Assembly (NCBI GenBank): GCA_039798785.1 | Contig: JBDKFG010000080.1 | Span: forward strand, 1-19,788 | DNA length: 19,788 nt | DNA from: Verrucomicrobiota bacterium | GTDB taxonomy: Bacteria; Verrucomicrobiota; Lentisphaeria; Lentisphaerales; Lentisphaeraceae | Direction: 5' to 3' | Shown here: positions 16,983 through 19,788 of the stretch, piece by piece | Position numbering within the stretch: the first letter of the stretch is position 1 | How the letters are laid out: the number at the start of each line of letters is the position of its first letter | The notes under the pieces: generated by a model | What the model saw: only the letters and a program-made list of their open reading frames with translations | Database searches by the model: none | Told to the model about the DNA's origin: nothing | Position numbers and translations under genes: made by a program

Positions 16983-17692
16983 GAACGGGACTCCTTGGCG
17001 ATCTTGGCCGGGGCGGGAGAGGCTTGCCCCTTCGCCTCCGCCAGCACCTGGTTGATTTCGACGATGTGGGTGGCCATCTCCTCCCGCAGGAGTTTCCGCT
17101 CGGCGCTGAGCCCTGCGACCTTCTCCCTCAATGCCTCCTCGACCGCCGGATCGCGCGACTGGGCGAAGAGATAGGCGCTGATGATCCGGACGAGGAGAAG
17201 CCTCCACAGCAGGGCGAGGGCGGCGGCGAAAGCCTGGCCGAGGAGCAGCGCATGGGACTTGAGCTCCTCGTCGCCGACGATCGAAGGAAGGAAGAAGGCC
17301 ATCAGCGCCGAGCTGATCACCAGGGCGACGGCCCCGTCGGCGGGGGCGAGGCAGATGCAGGCGGCGGTGAAAAGCAGGGTGCCGGTGAGGGCGATGTGGA
17401 CCGGCAGGCCGCAGGAAAGCGCGGTCAGGGGGATCAGCCAGATGTAGGCGAGGCAGCCGGTCAGGCAAAGAGCGTAGCGGACCGGATTGCCGCGCGCCAG
17501 GATGATCGACAGCAGGGCAGGAACCAGGAAGCAGCCGGCGCTGGTGAGAAGATAGATGAGCCGGCCGCCGCTCGCGCCGGGATCGCGGAAATGCCCGTAC
17601 CACACCCAGGTCAGGCAGGCGAGAGCCACAGCCTGGAAGACCCCGGCAGCCATCGGCCAGTCGGCCTTGTCGATCACTTTCTTCATGTCCAT
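16979..17692 (-). CDS. Hypothetical polytopic membrane protein (about 6 TM) with C-terminal coiled coil
   Basis: AGGAG RBS 8 nt before ATG 17692; consecutive hydrophobic segments followed by EEALREKVAGLSAERKLLREEM; translationally coupled to the kinase-like gene. Confidence 0.8.
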   Translation of the reverse strand: MDMKKVIDKADWPMAAGVFQAVALACLTWVWYGHFRDPGASGGRLIYLLTSAGCFLVPALLSIILARGNPVRYALCLTGCLAYIWLIPLTALSCGLPVHIALTGTLLFTAACICLAPADGAVALVISSALMAFFLPSIVGDEELKSHALLLGQAFAAALALLWRLLLVRIISAYLFAQSRDPAVEEALREKVAGLSAERKLLREEMATHIVEINQVLAEAKGQASPAPAKIAKESRS

Positions 17693-17707
17693 TGGCACCG
17701 CTCCTGC
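17692..17707 (+). promoter_or_regulatory. Candidate sigma54 (-24/-12) promoter for the asnB-like gene
   Basis: TTGGCACCGCTCCTGC: GG (17694-95), N10, GC (17706-07); one mismatch to TGGCAC-N5-TTGC; 39 nt upstream of the ATG. Confidence 0.5.
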
Positions 17708-17746
17708 GTCAGCCCTTGTTCAGTCTCAGTTCAAAGGGGGTTTCCC

Positions 17747-19651
17747 ATGTGTGGCATCGCCGGTCAGTTCGCCCTTCTCTCCAGCAGCGTCCTCGGTCTT
17801 GATAAGGTAGACCGTTCCGAACGGATACTCAAGAGCTTGGCGTCACGGGGTCCGGATGCGCAGGGCTTGTGCCAAGGTGAGTCATGGGTGCTGGGTCATG
17901 TTCGGCTGGCGATTCTCGACCCGCGGGGAGGGGAGCAACCCTGGGTGGATTTCGCGACAAGCGCCCTTTTATCCTACAATGGAGAGATCTTCAATCATCT
18001 TGAATTGCGCCCGGAACTAGAGGCCCGGGGGCATCAATTCCGGACTCATTGCGACACGGAAACCTTGATGGCGGCCTGGCTGGAATGGGGCGAGGCCTGT
18101 CTGCCGCGGCTGCAGGGATTCTTTGCCTTCGCCCTTTGGGACCGGCGCCGCGACCAGCTTTTCCTGGTGCGCGACCGTCTCGGCGAGAAGCCGCTTCATT
18201 ATTGTGTCGAGGACGGCGCTCTCTCCTTTGCCTCCACCGCCGCCGCCTGCCAGCTCTGGCGCCGGGGCGAGGCTCTGGCCGATCCGGTCGGGATCTCGCA
18301 TTATCTCGGCACCTGCCGCAGCTCGCTTGGCGGCCGCACGCTGATCGCCGGCTTGTCGCAGATCGAACCGGGATGTCTCTTGCGGCTTGATCGGGGTGGG
18401 GGAGGGGTGAGTCTCCGCCGCTGGTGGTCCTTGCCGAGGCTGTCCGCTGCGGACAAGCCGCGAGTCTCCTGGGAAGCTGCCGGCGAGCAGGTCCTGGCCC
18501 ATCTCGACGCCGCCGTCGGCAGCCGCCTTCTGTCGGACGTTCCGCTCGGCAGTTTTCTCTCCGGCGGTCTCGACTCGAGTGCCGTCTGTCTTGCCGCGGC
18601 GGCGGCTGCCGGGCATCCCTTTCCCGCCTTTTGCGCCCGCGCGACGGAAGGTGAGGACGAAGAGCCCTGGGCCCGTCAGATGGCGGCCGCGATAGGCGCG
18701 CCTCTGGAGAGCGTCACTCTCGGGGTTGAGGGCTTTCTATCCGGCTGGAGGCATCTCATCCGCGATCGTGGCCTGCCACTTTCCACCCCTAATGAAATCA
18801 GCATCTGGCGGCTGGCCGCGGCGGCACGCAAGAGCTGCACCGTAATCCTCTCCGGCGAGGGCAGCGACGAAGTTTACGGCGGTTATGCCGGTCCCCTCGC
18901 CTCCGCCTGGGATTTCGAGCGGGCGCCGCATTCACCCGAGAGCGAGGATGCCGCCGGCCCCTTGCATTGGAAGCTGTATTCCCGCCATGGCCGGGCGCAT
19001 TTCTGGAACGACGCCGATCATTTCTTCAGCACCACTTCGTGGATCAGCCCCGGCGAAAAAGCCGCCTTGATCCGTCCTGAGCTGTGGCAGTATCTGGAGG
19101 GCGACGACGCGGTGTTCTCCTGGTATGAGGACTTCTTCTCATCGCGCTCGGAGCTCAGTCCCTTCGACCGCCGCCTTCACCTCATGGCTGAGGTGAATCT
19201 CCAAGGCCTCTTGGGGCGGGTCGATGCCTGCACCATGGCGGCTTCGGTGGAGGCCCGGGTGCCATTCACTGATCACCGTCTGGTCGAGCACGCTTTCACT
19301 TTGCCTGACGAGATGAAGATCTTCTGGCCGGGCGGGCCGCTCGCCTCTCCCTTGCTGGCGGAAGAGGCCCAGGCCCGGGGACTCCTCGAAACCAAGGCGG
19401 TCCTGCGCCGCGCCCTCTCGACTCGCCTGCCCGAAGCCATCCTGAAGCGCCCCAAAGCTAGCTTCCCGGTGCCTTTCGAATCCTGGCTGCAGGGCGAGGC
19501 CGCGGCGGAGCTCAGGCGCGAAGTCGCCGAATCCCCTTTCTTAAAGGGCTGGTTTCAAAGCTCCGCTCTCACCAGTCAGTGCCGTGGCCGAAATCTCTGG
19601 CTCCTCGCCAACCTGGCGATCTGGGCCAAAGAATTTAGAATTAAGAGTTGA
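17747..19651 (+). CDS. asnB: Asparagine synthase (glutamine-hydrolysing) family amidotransferase
   Basis: N-terminal nucleophile MCGIAG; RGPD, HVRLAILD, YNGEIFN, DTE, RDRLGEKPL, PP-loop LSGGLDSS, SGEGSDE and EARVPF; 634 aa. Confidence 0.95.
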   Translation: MCGIAGQFALLSSSVLGLDKVDRSERILKSLASRGPDAQGLCQGESWVLGHVRLAILDPRGGEQPWVDFATSALLSYNGEIFNHLELRPELEARGHQFRTHCDTETLMAAWLEWGEACLPRLQGFFAFALWDRRRDQLFLVRDRLGEKPLHYCVEDGALSFASTAAACQLWRRGEALADPVGISHYLGTCRSSLGGRTLIAGLSQIEPGCLLRLDRGGGGVSLRRWWSLPRLSAADKPRVSWEAAGEQVLAHLDAAVGSRLLSDVPLGSFLSGGLDSSAVCLAAAAAAGHPFPAFCARATEGEDEEPWARQMAAAIGAPLESVTLGVEGFLSGWRHLIRDRGLPLSTPNEISIWRLAAAARKSCTVILSGEGSDEVYGGYAGPLASAWDFERAPHSPESEDAAGPLHWKLYSRHGRAHFWNDADHFFSTTSWISPGEKAALIRPELWQYLEGDDAVFSWYEDFFSSRSELSPFDRRLHLMAEVNLQGLLGRVDACTMAASVEARVPFTDHRLVEHAFTLPDEMKIFWPGGPLASPLLAEEAQARGLLETKAVLRRALSTRLPEAILKRPKASFPVPFESWLQGEAAAELRREVAESPFLKGWFQSSALTSQCRGRNLWLLANLAIWAKEFRIKS

Positions 19652-19672
19652 AGAATAAAGAGTCACGAATTG
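19630..19672 (+). repeat. Degenerate AT-rich heptamer tandem repeat
   Basis: AGAATTT AGAATTA AGAGTTG A AGAATAA AGAGTCA CGAATTG; spans the asnB stop codon. Confidence 0.55.
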
Positions 19673-19689
19673 AGGTCTTATATTTCCTA

Positions 19690-19714
19690 AATCCGACTCC
19701 GCCGGAACCGAAGC
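19690..19714 (+). repeat. 25-bp direct repeat, copy 2
   Basis: Exact match to 20-44. Confidence 0.9.
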
Positions 19715-19716
19715 TG

Positions 19717-19777
19717 AACCACGGAGGACACGGAGGACACGTAATCAACCGCAGAAGACGCAGATGAACGCAGATGA
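19717..19777 (+). repeat. Two short tandem repeat units, each starting with AACC
   Basis: (CACGGAGGA)x2+CACG at 19720-19741; CGCAGAAGA CGCAGATGAA CGCAGATGA at 19750-19777. Confidence 0.7.
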
Positions 19778-19788
19778 GGAAACCCAGG

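Noticed and set aside
16983..17603. N-terminal extension of the 434-aa kinase-like ORF
   Set aside because: Arg/Pro-rich off-frame translation of the membrane-protein gene; the ATGA-coupled start at 16982 is more plausible.
17024..17746. N-terminal extension of the 875-aa asnB ORF
   Set aside because: Ntn amidotransferases need Cys at position 2 (MCG at 17747); the extension is antisense to the membrane-protein gene.
19690..19788. CRISPR array or tRNA-derived att site
   Set aside because: No regularly spaced repeat-spacer structure, no cas genes, and no cloverleaf or TTCGA T-loop.
1..19788. Whole window as a prophage or ICE
   Set aside because: No integrase, relaxase, transposase or phage genes; the content is typical chromosomal metabolism and signalling.

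Overview
A GC-rich bacterial chromosomal segment, probably from the PVC superphylum (Lentisphaerae/Verrucomicrobia/Planctomycetes). That assignment is inferred from the PVC-type CxxCH protein, the exported sulfatase and the repeat types. Left to right: a hairpin-rich non-coding element with a 25-codon sORF; a 3-TM hypothetical gene; thyA-folA (minus strand); an IclR regulator plus exported sulfatase operon with a clear sigma70 promoter, palindromic operator and intrinsic terminator; a REP-like element; a large beta-propeller/HEAT/cytochrome c protein; and an M16 zinc peptidase. A minus-strand cluster follows: membrane protein, sensor-less atypical histidine kinase, sigma54 activator, UDP-glucose dehydrogenase and GAF hybrid kinase. 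It is divergent from an AsnB-type amidotransferase that has a candidate sigma54 (-24/-12) promoter. An identical 25-bp sequence lies at both ends of the window, and the right copy is flanked by 7-, 9- and 10-mer tandem repeats. The best candidate for an undescribed system is the split-kinase/sigma54/ugd/asnB module. No integrase, transposase, tRNA, rRNA or CRISPR array was seen.
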